A stretch of 64,000 nucleotides of DNA from a virus. Lineage: Duplodnaviria > Caudoviricetes. The notes under the pieces are model-generated. The model searched no databases. It saw only the letters and a program-made list of their open reading frames with translations, and was not told where the DNA came from. The DNA is taken from positions 64,001-128,000 of the IMG/VR virus record IMGVR_UViG_2880152234_000004, one strand, 5' to 3'. This document shows, in pieces, positions 9,381-20,077 of this stretch; position 1 is the first letter of the stretch, and each line of letters starts with the position of its first letter. A program made the translations under genes and the position numbers.

Positions 9381-9406
9381 CATCTCATAGGTGAGGAGGT
9401 GAGATA

Positions 9407-9601
9407 ATGCAAAAGGATTCAAAGAAAGTAACGTACATGTTTAGTAATTTAATTGGATTTTTAGAGACTACTATTATTGAAGGAACTGCTTCACAAGAAG
9501 AAAACACTCTTTATGAGGGCTATAAACTTTTTGGAACAATCGATAAAAAGAGCTATACATACAAAAATCTTGTACATAAGTATCTAAACAGCGATTATTA
9601 A
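9407..9601 (+). CDS. yonP: YonP small hypothetical protein
   Basis: 64 aa, strong RBS GAGGAGGTG, directly before yonO. Confidence 0.75.
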   Translation: MQKDSKKVTYMFSNLIGFLETTIIEGTASQEENTLYEGYKLFGTIDKKSYTYKNLVHKYLNSDY

Positions 9602-9640
9602 ATCAAAAAATATGCATAAAAGAAATAAGGGGAGAATTTA

Positions 9641-12169
9641 TTGAAAGGAAAAAAAGACGGTCTAAATAAGCAAGTACATATTTACAGTATTGATACTTCT
9701 GCTTTTTATAATGATCAAGAAAACAAATTACATAACAAGATTTTAAAATCATATAGGTACAGAGATCATCTCAAAAAACTTGAACATGTTGATAAAAAAC
9801 ATAAGAAGTACATAACGCAAAGGATTATTTCCTTAAAAGAAAAGCTTTATAAAGCCTTTAACGATCATATTCAAATAAGAACACTTAGAACAGATTCTCT
9901 GAAAGATAATAATGTGATTTCATTATTTGATTCAGTCTTAACTCGAACGCTGGGAATCAAAGAAAACTCTCTCTCTGAAGAGATCATGGTTGTCCAAACT
10001 TATCACTTTCAAATTTTAAGGGACATTATTGATAAAGGATTCATACATAACAATGAGAAATACGTTTATTTCACTAGCAGTGCAGGTCAAATACGAACCA
10101 AAAAGTCTTGTTTTATCAAGCAAAGCACCTTAGATGAGTATCAAAATGCTTTAACTTGTGGCCTTAGTGTGGAGCAAATCAATGCTCAAGGTGGGAGTAG
10201 CATAAACAAATGGAATAGCTACATGGCCTTATCGAATAGCGCCAGCAGTCCATGGGAAATTGATATTGATAAAACAATTGTCGTAAATGACTTAGAAACA
10301 AACGTTTCCAGCCTGGTTGATTATATTGATCGTGATACATATGAAATCAATCGTAAAGTTATGGATATTCCTATAGAACATACAGATGGTTGCGGAATGA
10401 TGCTTCCCAGTTTGAGCCAGAAAAGCTTTATGGTCAGATTACCTTGGGTTAAGGGTCTACTTGTTCCATTTGACTTTAGAAAGTTTGCTGAAAAACACAG
10501 TTCATTTATAGTTAAGGACGTCTACGGTAAAGATTGGGACATTATTAAAGATGATATCCAAATAATTTTTACGAAAAGCCAGTTTAAGATGTGGAAGTAC
10601 TATGATTCATGGGATGACTATCGCTCTAAATTTAAAAAGCATGGATGTCTAGGCGCTAAGTTAAATGAAGAAGATCCATCTGTTGAGGGAAAACTGACTT
10701 ACCAAATGCTACAAACACTCACTGATATCACAGATGAGGAATTGAAACAAATCAGCTCAAAGACTGTTAGTGAGATTACTCAATTAGGCACTGATAAAGA
10801 AACCATGATGAAAGTTTTGGGGGCTACCGAGAAAAATAAACATAAAACAAGCCTTCAAGAAGCTCTACTATCATATCCAGAGCTGCTAAATGATGATCAC
10901 ACCAAAGAAATCATTAAGAATAAGAAGAAGAGTATGATTAAGGACGCCAAATCAGGAAAATTACTTGTCAGTGATGCTGGGTATACATATTTATGTCCAG
11001 ATCTATATGCTTTTTGTGAAAGACTGTTTCTTGGAATTGAGAATCCAAAAGGACTTCTCACCGGCAGCAATGTCTATTGTTCTTTATATGATGAAGGGCA
11101 TATTGATATCCTTCGCTCCCCTCACCTATACAGAGAACATGGCGTTAGATGGAACAAAAAAGATGAGGAATATGAAAAGTGGTTTATTACCCGAGGTGTT
11201 TATACCAGCATTCATGATCCGATATCGAAACTGCTGCAGTTTGATAATGACGGGGATAAGGCTTTAATTATTTCTGATGAGCTAATCGTCAATATTGCCA
11301 AGCGTAATATGGAGAACATCGTTCCTTTGTATTATGAAATGTCTGTAGCCCAGAAACAAGAGATTAATAGCAGAAACATCTATGAAGCACTAACTCTTGC
11401 TTATGGAATCAATATCGGGGAGTACAGTAACAACATCACTAAGATATGGAACAGTGACAATATAAACATGGACGTGATCAAATGGTTATGCATGGAGAAT
11501 AACTTTACTATCGATTTTGCAAAAACCTTATTCATGCCCACCCGCCCTGATCTTGTTGATGAGAAAATCAAAGATTACATAAAAAATAAAGTGCCCCACT
11601 TCTTCATCAATGCAAAGGATAAAGAAGAACATAGCGTAGAGTTGATTAATGAAAGTACAGTAAATAAGTTAGACTCAATTATCCCTTCCGACCGAATTAA
11701 TTTCGCAACTGTTGCAGGAAAGTTCGATTATCGTTTCCTGCTTAAGAACAAGGAGATTAAATTGGACGAGGCAATTATTAGTGAATACAAACGATTAGAC
11801 CAGCACAAGAAATGGCTTATGAATGATGAAGACATTAAGCCTGGGCAAAAACATTATGTCTATAAGATCATTAAAGACAGATTGTTGAAAATCCATAATG
11901 ATGAGCAATATGTTACTGATGTTTTAGTTAAGTATCTATACAAGAAAAAGAGTAAGTTTAAGACAACTTTGTGGGAGTGTTTTGGAGAAAAGATTTTGCT
12001 TAACTTAGAATACAATTTTAAAAAGTTTAATCAGTGCGGAGGATGCGGAAAGTTATTTAAAGCTGTAACAAATAGACACAAAAAGTGTCAAAATTGCTCT
12101 AAAATTGAGAGAAGGAATTATCAAAAAAATTTGATGCGTAAAAAAAGAAAAGAAGTTGTTAGCATTTAG
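9641..12169 (+). CDS. yonO: YonO single-subunit (two-barrel) DNA-dependent RNA polymerase for late genes
   Basis: Catalytic QFDNDGD (DxDGD), LRSPH and TDGCG motifs; C-terminal CxxC..CxxC ribbon. Confidence 0.93.
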   Translation: MKGKKDGLNKQVHIYSIDTSAFYNDQENKLHNKILKSYRYRDHLKKLEHVDKKHKKYITQRIISLKEKLYKAFNDHIQIRTLRTDSLKDNNVISLFDSVLTRTLGIKENSLSEEIMVVQTYHFQILRDIIDKGFIHNNEKYVYFTSSAGQIRTKKSCFIKQSTLDEYQNALTCGLSVEQINAQGGSSINKWNSYMALSNSASSPWEIDIDKTIVVNDLETNVSSLVDYIDRDTYEINRKVMDIPIEHTDGCGMMLPSLSQKSFMVRLPWVKGLLVPFDFRKFAEKHSSFIVKDVYGKDWDIIKDDIQIIFTKSQFKMWKYYDSWDDYRSKFKKHGCLGAKLNEEDPSVEGKLTYQMLQTLTDITDEELKQISSKTVSEITQLGTDKETMMKVLGATEKNKHKTSLQEALLSYPELLNDDHTKEIIKNKKKSMIKDAKSGKLLVSDAGYTYLCPDLYAFCERLFLGIENPKGLLTGSNVYCSLYDEGHIDILRSPHLYREHGVRWNKKDEEYEKWFITRGVYTSIHDPISKLLQFDNDGDKALIISDELIVNIAKRNMENIVPLYYEMSVAQKQEINSRNIYEALTLAYGINIGEYSNNITKIWNSDNINMDVIKWLCMENNFTIDFAKTLFMPTRPDLVDEKIKDYIKNKVPHFFINAKDKEEHSVELINESTVNKLDSIIPSDRINFATVAGKFDYRFLLKNKEIKLDEAIISEYKRLDQHKKWLMNDEDIKPGQKHYVYKIIKDRLLKIHNDEQYVTDVLVKYLYKKKSKFKTTLWECFGEKILLNLEYNFKKFNQCGGCGKLFKAVTNRHKKCQNCSKIERRNYQKNLMRKKRKEVVSI

Positions 12170-12419
12170 AAAGCGCCTTGAGCCTTACTCCCCCAAGGGG
12201 TACAGCGATTTTACCGGAAAAAGTTTAACAAAAAAAGTGCCTTGAACCCTTGATATAACTGGGCTGAAAGCCCCTTTTGAGATAATCGCCATAAGGGAGA
12301 AAGAAAGCTAATTTCCACATAAAAGGGTGAGTAAGTCTCCCACTTTTCAAAATGTACAAACATTACCGTAATTATACTTTACCACAAAAATAAACAAAAT
12401 CACTAGGAGGAATTAAAAC

Positions 12420-12695
12420 ATGAACAAAACAGAATTTGTTGGAGCAGTTGCAGAAAAATTAGGTGTTACTAATAAAGAAGCTAATCCTAAAGTAGAAGCA
12501 GTATTTAATGTCATCGTTGAAACACTAGCAAAAGGTGAATCAATCAAGATTCCAGGAGTTGGAACATTTGAAGTTCGTGAACGTGCAGCTCGTAAAGGGA
12601 GAAATCCCCAGACAGGCGAGGAAATTGATATTCCAGCTACAAAAGCACCTGCATTTAAGGCTGCTAAGGCTCTCAAGGACGCAGTGAAAGCTTAA
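12420..12695 (+). CDS. yonN: HU-family DNA-binding protein YonN
   Basis: GVGTFEVRERAARKGRNPQTGEEIDIPA HU signature. Confidence 0.95.
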   Translation: MNKTEFVGAVAEKLGVTNKEANPKVEAVFNVIVETLAKGESIKIPGVGTFEVRERAARKGRNPQTGEEIDIPATKAPAFKAAKALKDAVKA

Positions 12696-12746
12696 CAATC
12701 TATAGTGAAGGATTAGATTAGTATCCCTCCCCTCTCTTCACCTATA

Positions 12747-12827
12747 AATGCGGTGGCGGAATAGGTAGACGCAGACAAGCCGGAGGGCCGTAAACTTATG
12801 TGAGGTGCAAATCCTCTCCCGCATTCA
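12747..12827 (+). ncRNA. tRNA-like RNA without a canonical anticodon loop
   Basis: Acceptor AATGCGG/CCGCATT, D-arm GCG-GAATAGGTAGA-CGC, T-arm GAGG-TGCAAAT-CCTC; central region irregular. Confidence 0.6.
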
Positions 12828-13604
12828 TCTCCAGGTTAATTAATTAGAGTTCTTTTATTATTGATGGCATGGGGGTGTACTGATATGTGGGATATCAGTT
12901 CTCTGCTAATATTCATTAGTTTGTGGACTTGGAGTGTCAGGGTTTCGGATAAATGGCTATTATCGGGCTAAAAATGCCGGTAAGACTTAACGCATTAGTA
13001 TAAATTGCGACTGATTCCCATCAGGGTCTTATTATGGGTGGCATATAACCTGATTATTAATTGCGGTGTAATGCTTCGGCTTACACTTAGGTAAGGCAGA
13101 TGCGTCTTCCTTCCCTTTAAATAATGCCCTTGTAAGCTTTGAAGCTAATTATGCGGTCACATAAAAACTTTTTCCGGTTAGCGAGTCTTCTATACTCGTA
13201 AAATAAGGGGAATAGTGTTTGAGCGATTGATCACCGCTCCTATTTCACAGAAAAGGATTATTTTCGGTCTTGCCTTTTCAATTTTCTAAGCAATACATTC
13301 GCTATGTCTCCTTAAATGTTCTGAATGGAGATTTACCTTTCCCATGCACATACCTCCTTACACGGGTCAGAGAAAACTGTGCAAAATAAATGGCGAGCGT
13401 TTGAGACGCTTTGTTTCTCAATAAGGCGTGTAACCTAACAAGAGAGACTGAAAATGCCATTGAGAAGGATTATAATGGGTCTTTCCTTCCGTATAATTGT
13501 TTTCAAATTTCCCTGTCAATCCGAAGGCTTGCGTTCCTACGTGAGCTACTGACGTAGGTGAGATGGGTAAGAAAATAACTAGAACAATAGTATTTAAAAG
13601 TCAT

Positions 13605-13781
13605 TTACTCTTTTTTTGTAGCTTTTACTTTATCATAACCAAACATATAGCCAAAAGCTATCAATGCTGCCCCACCAAAACGAAGATATTGATGATATTC
13701 AAAATCTTTAAAAACAGTAACCGCTCCAACTATCAACAAAACACCTATTATAATACAGGTATTCAAAACTTTGTCTATCAA
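13605..13781 (-). CDS. Small two-TM membrane protein (58 aa)
   Basis: Hand-translated: RBS AGGGGTG, TTG start, MIDKVLNTCIIIGVLLIVGAVTVFKDFEYHQYLRFGGAALIAFGYMFGYDKVKATKKE. Confidence 0.65.
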   Translation of the reverse strand: MIDKVLNTCIIIGVLLIVGAVTVFKDFEYHQYLRFGGAALIAFGYMFGYDKVKATKKE

Positions 13782-14048
13782 AAAAACACCCCTTTTTCAA
13801 ATTCATCTACACTTCATTATACACATGGATTATTTTACCACACAGAGCACTTCTTGATAACTGGAATAGGTCTGTAATACATATGTACGCAAGTTATCAA
13901 TAATCTCCTTCGGGCGTTTCCCCAACGCCTATCCGACTTATCTTTCATCTCCTTTATATCCCCTTCTCGGACGTTACCGATGCTTCGGATCATCGGGCTT
14001 CCGAAGGAGCTTATTGTACGTAAATAGAAAACTACTGGAGGAAATTAA

Positions 14049-14240
14049 ATGGCAAGCAAAAAAGTACATCAAATTAATGTTAAAGGCTTTTTCGATATGG
14101 ACGTAATGGAAGTTACTGAACAAACTAAAGAAGCTGAATACACATATGACTTCAAAGAAATTCTCTCAGAGTTTAATGGAAAGAATGTTTCAATTACTGT
14201 AAAAGAAGAAAATGAACTTCCTGTTAAAGACGTTGAGTAA
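14049..14240 (+). CDS. yonK: YonK-family protein
   Basis: 63 aa, RBS GGAGG; first gene of the late operon by synteny. Confidence 0.85.
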   Translation: MASKKVHQINVKGFFDMDVMEVTEQTKEAEYTYDFKEILSEFNGKNVSITVKEENELPVKDVE

Positions 14241-14252
14241 GGAGATGACTGA

Positions 14253-15470
14253 ATGATCGATCCTATTCAAACTAAGCGTCACTCAGATGAAAACCTTAAA
14301 GAATGGAAAATAAGAATCTGCTCTAATAAAGACATTTATAATCTAAACTGGGAAGAAATCAAAGAGTTAATAAACAAAGAAACCGGCGAATCTAAAGGTG
14401 AATCAGCTTATAGAAAATGGTTCAACAACTTCATTGAGGGGGTTGAATACCAAAGAGAAAAGTCAGATGAATCAAATAATTCTCTCCTTGAATTGGAACT
14501 GAAAAAGGTTGAAATCATGGAAGAGAGAAAAAAGCTTCAAGCTGTAAAGCATGAAATACATAAAAACACACGTGTCAAAGGCCGAACAGAGCTGCTATAT
14601 GAAAATGTAACTGAAGCAATTGAGAAAGTAGGCACTCTCCCTCCCCCTTCCTTCTATCCATTAAATAAGAGCGAAAGAAAAAGAGCTGCTGTTCTAGGGT
14701 TTGGAGACGAACACTTCGGAAAGCAATTTAAAAGCAACAACAATGAATACAACGAACAGATTTATTTGCAGCGTATGAATCAGATCCTTTCTGAAACTGT
14801 TGAGTACATTCAAAAAGAAAATTTAGATGAGTTGGTCGTGTTAAATGGTGCTGATAGTGTTGAAGGTATGGCATTGCGCGTATCGCAATTAACTGCCCTT
14901 CAGTACGGGTTTATTGACCAAGTGATAAAATACTCTAGGTACAAAGCTGAATGGCTTTTAGAACTTTCTAAGCACGTCAAAATTAAGTACATACATATCC
15001 CTTCTGCAAATCATACTGAACTAAGATTACATAATACAAATCGCTCGGAAATGCCTAAAGAAGATGTAGAACGTATTATCGTTACTTATATTCATGACGT
15101 ACTCAAAGACAATGAGCGAATTGAAGTTCCTTTATACGACGAAGGAATTGTGGATTTTAAATTACTTGAATTTGAAATTGTTGCTTGTCACGGACACCAG
15201 ATTAAAAACAAAAAGAATGCTATTCGTGACATTTCACAGATGAAACGAAAATTTTACGATTACATGTACATCTCCCACTTCCACCACGGAAACATGCTCA
15301 CTGTAGGTGAAGCAGCCACTCATAATATCCAAGTTATACAACTCCCTTCTATAATGGGATCCGATGAATACAGTGACAGGTTAATGACAGGTGCCAAAGC
15401 TGGAGCAAACCTATCAATTTATGAGTCCGGTAAAGGTCGTACTATTCAGTATGATTACATATTGAATTAA
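14253..15470 (+). CDS. yonJ: YonJ metallophosphoesterase-fold protein
   Basis: GDEH, GADSVEG, ANH, CHGH and SHFHH metal-binding motifs. Confidence 0.85.
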   Translation: MIDPIQTKRHSDENLKEWKIRICSNKDIYNLNWEEIKELINKETGESKGESAYRKWFNNFIEGVEYQREKSDESNNSLLELELKKVEIMEERKKLQAVKHEIHKNTRVKGRTELLYENVTEAIEKVGTLPPPSFYPLNKSERKRAAVLGFGDEHFGKQFKSNNNEYNEQIYLQRMNQILSETVEYIQKENLDELVVLNGADSVEGMALRVSQLTALQYGFIDQVIKYSRYKAEWLLELSKHVKIKYIHIPSANHTELRLHNTNRSEMPKEDVERIIVTYIHDVLKDNERIEVPLYDEGIVDFKLLEFEIVACHGHQIKNKKNAIRDISQMKRKFYDYMYISHFHHGNMLTVGEAATHNIQVIQLPSIMGSDEYSDRLMTGAKAGANLSIYESGKGRTIQYDYILN

Positions 15471-15491
15471 TTTAATAAGGAGTAAAACTAA

Positions 15492-15587
15492 ATGAAGACA
15501 AAAAGTTTTATTAACGAATTAAGTGGTCATTGGGTTAATTTCACAGATAAATTTAAAACGGAGCTTTCCATAATTATTGCTGGTTAA
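15492..15587 (+). CDS. Short ORF (31 aa), possibly a truncated gene
   Basis: RBS AAGGAG; MKTKSFINELSGHWVNFTDKFKTELSIIIAG. Confidence 0.35.
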   Translation: MKTKSFINELSGHWVNFTDKFKTELSIIIAG

Positions 15588-15667
15588 TTCCTACAACTGA
15601 GCCTAATCGAAGTGTTAGGACATTATTTTTTCAACTAAGGGAGCCTCGATGTAGGCTCCAACTTTGT

Positions 15668-15685
15668 TTAAAACTTTAATTTTAT
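15668..15685 (+). repeat. Junction motif WTAAAA-N6-TTTTAT
   Basis: TTAAAA-CTTTAA-TTTTAT. Confidence 0.65.
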
Positions 15686-15795
15686 CCAGATAAGCACTTT
15701 TTTAGAACGCCCAGCGATGATTGCAGTACTCCCCTTCCGCTCTATTGCTGGGCGTTTCATAAAATGTGTTTACATCAACTTTATGGAGGTGAAAT

Positions 15796-16716
15796 ATGTC
15801 TGCAGAGAAAATCAAATGCTCATGCTGCGGCAAAGAACAAAATGCCAATCAATATTATATCTCGGAATCTCCTTTCAATACTGCAACCGGCAAGCTGTCA
15901 GTATGTAAAAGCTGTCTCCAAAATGAATTCCAAAAAGACAAAGATAACTTAAAGAATGTTCAAAACATCTTAAGAATGATTGACCGTCCTTTTGTTTACG
16001 ACTTGTGGGTTTCCGCTGTTAATGAATCAGAGTCCAAGAAAAAATCAGCTGGAAATGTGTTAGGTACGTATATGAAAAATATCGGAATGAAAGATTACAA
16101 GTCAAAAAATTGGGCAGACAGTGAGTTTGACTTTGAAGAAGAACAAGAATATACAACACAGCTATTACTAGCTAAAAGTACAGAAGATATATCTAAGGAA
16201 GACATAGATGAATTAATGCAATTCTGGGGTCGTGGTCTTGATGTTGAAGATTACATTTGGCTTCAGAATGAGTACATTGACTTCACGAATAGGTATGAAT
16301 GTGATTCTAAAGGAATGGAACTTCTTATAAATGAAATATGTTTGACTCGGCTAGATATCCGCAAACGGCGTGAAAATGGCGAAAAAGTCGATCAGCAGCA
16401 AAAAACTCTTCAAGATTTACTTGGGTCAAGTAATTTAAAACCGGTTCAAGAAACTGGAGCAAGTGGAGTTGAACAAGAGTCTTTTGGCACTCTGATCAAA
16501 AAATATGAGAATGAGAAACCTATTCCTGAGCCAGAGCCTAGATGGAAAGATCCTGATAAAATCGGGAAATACATTAAGGTATTTTTCCTTGGGCATCTGT
16601 CCCGAATGCTTGGTTTGAAAAATCAATATTCAGAGGAATATTGGGAAGAAATGAATAAGCATACTGTTGAAGAACCTGTTGCAGAAGAAGAGGATCGAGA
16701 AAATGACTTCGCATAA
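15796..16716 (+). CDS. yonG: YonG, Zn-finger protein, putative terminase small subunit
   Basis: CSCC..CKSC; overlaps start of terminase large subunit. Confidence 0.75.
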   Translation: MSAEKIKCSCCGKEQNANQYYISESPFNTATGKLSVCKSCLQNEFQKDKDNLKNVQNILRMIDRPFVYDLWVSAVNESESKKKSAGNVLGTYMKNIGMKDYKSKNWADSEFDFEEEQEYTTQLLLAKSTEDISKEDIDELMQFWGRGLDVEDYIWLQNEYIDFTNRYECDSKGMELLINEICLTRLDIRKRRENGEKVDQQQKTLQDLLGSSNLKPVQETGASGVEQESFGTLIKKYENEKPIPEPEPRWKDPDKIGKYIKVFFLGHLSRMLGLKNQYSEEYWEEMNKHTVEEPVAEEEDRENDFA

Positions 16717-18472
16717 AAATTTTACAACAGATCGCAACAAGCACAGTCGAGGAATCAATATTTTTAAAAAGGGAAACAACTTAAAAAAGAAATCAAAATC
16801 CGAACGATTAATGGATGGTATCGGCGCATGGACTTCTTTCTATAGAGCAAACCCACATCGTTTTGTAAAAGAATACTTGGGTATTACACTTAAATTGTTC
16901 CAGTGTATTTTAATTTACATGATGGTACATAATCATTACTTTATGTATCTAGCCAGTCGTGGGCAGGGTAAAACATGGTTAACCTCTGTATACTGCTGTG
17001 TGCAAGCCATACTCTTCCCAGGCACTAAAATAGTTATCGCATCGGGCACAAAAGGACAAGCTCGTGAAGTCATAGAGAAAATTGATGACTTACGTAAAGA
17101 ATCGCCTAATTTAAGGCGAGAAATAGAAGATTTAAAAACCTCAACGAATGATGCTAAAGTGGAGTTCCATAATGGCAGCTGGATTAAAATCGTAGCCTCA
17201 AATGATGGCGCCCGCTCCAAGCGTGCAAACCTCCTTATTGTAGATGAATTCAGAATGGTTGATTTTGAAATCATCAGTAAGGTACTTAGAAAATTCCTGA
17301 CAGCTCCCCGTTCTCCTAAATATCTCGAAAAAGAAGAATACGCTCACTTAAAAGAACGAAACAAAGAAATTTACTTGTCATCCTGCTGGTATAAGGTTCA
17401 TTGGTCATTTAACAGATTCATAACTTACTACAATGCCATGATGAAAGGATCCAAATACTTTGTTTGCGGTCTTCCTTACCAGATCGCAATTAAAGAAGGC
17501 CTTTTGGATAAAGATCAGGTTAGAGATGAAATGGCTGAAGAAGACTTTGACCCTATTGGTTGGTCAATGGAAATGGAAGCTCTATGGTTTGGTGAATCTG
17601 AAAAAGCTTATTATAAATTTGAAGACATTGAAAAGAACCGCAAGCTTGCTTCCCCCCTCTTCCCCCCTGACTATTACAGTCTGATCAAGGATTCCAACTT
17701 CAAATATGAAGGCAAGAAACCAGGAGAAATTAGGCTGGTAAGCAATGATATCGCTGGAATGGCCGGTAAGGATAATGACGCAAGTGTTTACACTGTATTC
17801 AGACTTATCCCAAACTCCAATGGATATGATCGTCATATTGTATACATGGAGAGCATCGTAGGTGGTCACACAGGAACTCAAGCAACAAGAATTCGACAAA
17901 TATACGAAGATTATGAATGCGATTATATTGTATTGGATACTCAGAGTATCGGACTAGGTGTGTATGATGCATTATGCCAGCCTTTATATGATAAAGAACG
18001 TGCAAAAGAATATGAGCCATTTTCATGTATTAACGATGACAGAATGGCTGAGCGTTGTACTTATCAAAATGCCGAAAAAGTAATTTATAGCATTAAAGGT
18101 AATGCACAATTGAACAGTGAAATTGCTGTATTACTCAAAGATGGATTTAAACGAGGGAAAATCAAAATTCCTATCAACGAAAATGAAGGAAAAGAATATC
18201 TGAAAAGATTTAAAGGCTATGAAGGGCTATCTCCTGAAGTTAAAGGAAAATTCCTTTCAAGCTATGCTCAGATTACCCTTCTAATAAATGAAATGATCAA
18301 CTTGGAAGCTGAATATAGCGATAACGGACAAGTTAAGCTTAAAGAGCCAAAGAGTAAACGAAAAGACAGATATAGCTCAGTGGCTTATGGCAACTATATT
18401 GCTACCGTATTAGAAAGACAGTTAAACAAACAAACTGAATATGACGTTGAAGATGAACTAGTCTATTTTTAA
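16703..18472 (+). CDS. yonF: Terminase large subunit
   Basis: Walker A ASRGQGKT, Walker B LIVDEF, nuclease acidic motifs DIAG and KRKDRYS. Confidence 0.92.
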   Translation: MTSHKNFTTDRNKHSRGINIFKKGNNLKKKSKSERLMDGIGAWTSFYRANPHRFVKEYLGITLKLFQCILIYMMVHNHYFMYLASRGQGKTWLTSVYCCVQAILFPGTKIVIASGTKGQAREVIEKIDDLRKESPNLRREIEDLKTSTNDAKVEFHNGSWIKIVASNDGARSKRANLLIVDEFRMVDFEIISKVLRKFLTAPRSPKYLEKEEYAHLKERNKEIYLSSCWYKVHWSFNRFITYYNAMMKGSKYFVCGLPYQIAIKEGLLDKDQVRDEMAEEDFDPIGWSMEMEALWFGESEKAYYKFEDIEKNRKLASPLFPPDYYSLIKDSNFKYEGKKPGEIRLVSNDIAGMAGKDNDASVYTVFRLIPNSNGYDRHIVYMESIVGGHTGTQATRIRQIYEDYECDYIVLDTQSIGLGVYDALCQPLYDKERAKEYEPFSCINDDRMAERCTYQNAEKVIYSIKGNAQLNSEIAVLLKDGFKRGKIKIPINENEGKEYLKRFKGYEGLSPEVKGKFLSSYAQITLLINEMINLEAEYSDNGQVKLKEPKSKRKDRYSSVAYGNYIATVLERQLNKQTEYDVEDELVYF

Positions 18473-18512
18473 AAGATATGACGTTGAAGATGAACTAGTC
18501 TATTTTTAAAAG
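18439..18512 (+). repeat. Perfect 37-bp tandem duplication spanning the terminase stop codon
   Basis: ATATGACGTTGAAGATGAACTAGTCTATTTTTAAAAG at 18439-18475 and 18476-18512. Confidence 0.95.
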
Positions 18513-18526
18513 AAATGAGGTGAAAC

Positions 18527-20047
18527 ATGGTAACCTTAAATAAAGTTGACATTGAGTCTGAAGAGTATAAGCAAATGCTGAATGACTATTCAACTTATAC
18601 TTCTACATTTGCTTCCGGCTTTATCTCAAATATGTTTTCCAATGGCATTGTTACGGAAATTGAGGCCGAACAATTAAAGAATTATTTTTCTAACCCCGAT
18701 GAATTTCAAGAAGAAATTGAAGATCTTGCTGAGTATTTTTACATTTCGACTGCAGAGATTCACCAATTGTTTGAATTGATTGAAGCCCTCCCTACCCTCA
18801 ACTATAAAATTGACTCCTTTAATAAAGTTAAGTCTTCAGATAAGCACATTTCCCTTTTGAATAAATCCTTACATAAGGTCAAACATAAAAGACTTACTAG
18901 GGATCTGTTAAAACAGGTAGCTACAGCTGGCACCCTTGTTGGCATATGGCTTGGGGATGCTAAAAACCCCTATCCGTTTATTTTTGATGAAATTAAATAT
19001 GTATTCCCCTCCTTTAGAAGAAATGGAGACTGGGTATGTGTAGTTGACATGGAGCTGTTCACTAAGTATAAAGATGATCACAGAAATGAGTTGTTAAAAA
19101 GCCTCTCCCCTTATATTAAACAAAGCGATTATGAAAACTTCATGAAAGATCGAGAGAAATATCGATTTAAGGAATTGCCACAAGAAAGAACTTTTCCACT
19201 ACGCACAGGGACGCTAAAAAGAAATCAAGGGTTGGGAACATCTTGGGTTACCCCAGGTCTATATGACGTTCTCCATAAAAAGAAACTTAAAGATGTTGAA
19301 AGATCGATTGCAAATAAAATTATTAACGCTGTTGCAGTTCTAACGATTGGAACAGATAAAGGTAATGGCGAATACACAAACATGAAGCTGCCTAAAGCAA
19401 TTAAACAAAAAATTCACGGTGGAGTTAAAGCAGCTTTAGAGAAGAACCAAAAAGATGGAGTAACTGTAGTATCAATCCCTGACTTTGCTGACATCAACTT
19501 TCCAGATGTTAAAGCAGATGGATTAGATGGAGCAAAGTTTGACCATATCAATAGCGACATTCAATCTGCTTACGGCTTATCCGGCTCCCTTTTAAATGGT
19601 GATGGGGGTAACTACGCAACATCGTCGTTAAACTTGGATACATTTTATAAGCGTATTGGTGTTTTAATGGAGGATATTGAACAAGAGGTTTATCAAAAGT
19701 TATTCAACCTTGTTTTGCCTGCTGCCCAAAAAGACAATTACTATATGAATTACGATAAAGACAAGCCGCTCACTCTTAAAGAAAAAATGGACATTTTAAT
19801 TAAATTAAACGATAAAGGTTGGTCTATTAAGCACGTAGTTGATAATTTGGCAGGAGTGTCTTGGGAAAGCTACCTTGAACAAACTCTATATGAAACTGAA
19901 GAGCTGAAACTCCAAGAAAAAATTAGACCTTATCAAACTTCATATACCTTCACTGGGAATGAAGCAGGCCGTCCAAATAACGGAAATAAAAACAACGACA
20001 ACACAGTGAAGTCAGCTACATCCAACGGTAATGACAATCCTATTTAA
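18527..20047 (+). CDS. yonE: Portal protein
   Basis: 506 aa directly after terminase; synteny. Confidence 0.8.
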   Translation: MVTLNKVDIESEEYKQMLNDYSTYTSTFASGFISNMFSNGIVTEIEAEQLKNYFSNPDEFQEEIEDLAEYFYISTAEIHQLFELIEALPTLNYKIDSFNKVKSSDKHISLLNKSLHKVKHKRLTRDLLKQVATAGTLVGIWLGDAKNPYPFIFDEIKYVFPSFRRNGDWVCVVDMELFTKYKDDHRNELLKSLSPYIKQSDYENFMKDREKYRFKELPQERTFPLRTGTLKRNQGLGTSWVTPGLYDVLHKKKLKDVERSIANKIINAVAVLTIGTDKGNGEYTNMKLPKAIKQKIHGGVKAALEKNQKDGVTVVSIPDFADINFPDVKADGLDGAKFDHINSDIQSAYGLSGSLLNGDGGNYATSSLNLDTFYKRIGVLMEDIEQEVYQKLFNLVLPAAQKDNYYMNYDKDKPLTLKEKMDILIKLNDKGWSIKHVVDNLAGVSWESYLEQTLYETEELKLQEKIRPYQTSYTFTGNEAGRPNNGNKNNDNTVKSATSNGNDNPI

Positions 20048-20077
20048 AACTTCACTTTTGAAGGGAGGTGAAATTAT

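Noticed and set aside
9641-12169. YonO as a novel system
   Set aside because: Already characterised as the SPbeta late-gene RNA polymerase.
12413-12676. 87-aa minus-strand ORF
   Set aside because: Antisense shadow of HU-like yonN.
12747-12827. Canonical tRNA-Leu call
   Set aside because: No 5-bp stem/7-nt anticodon loop and an atypical T-loop; kept only as tRNA-like.
13563-13877. 104-aa + strand ORF
   Set aside because: Shadow of the minus-strand membrane gene 13605-13781; no convincing RBS or protein-like composition.
18439-18512. Mini CRISPR array
   Set aside because: Two abutting copies with no spacer, derived from coding sequence; no cas genes.
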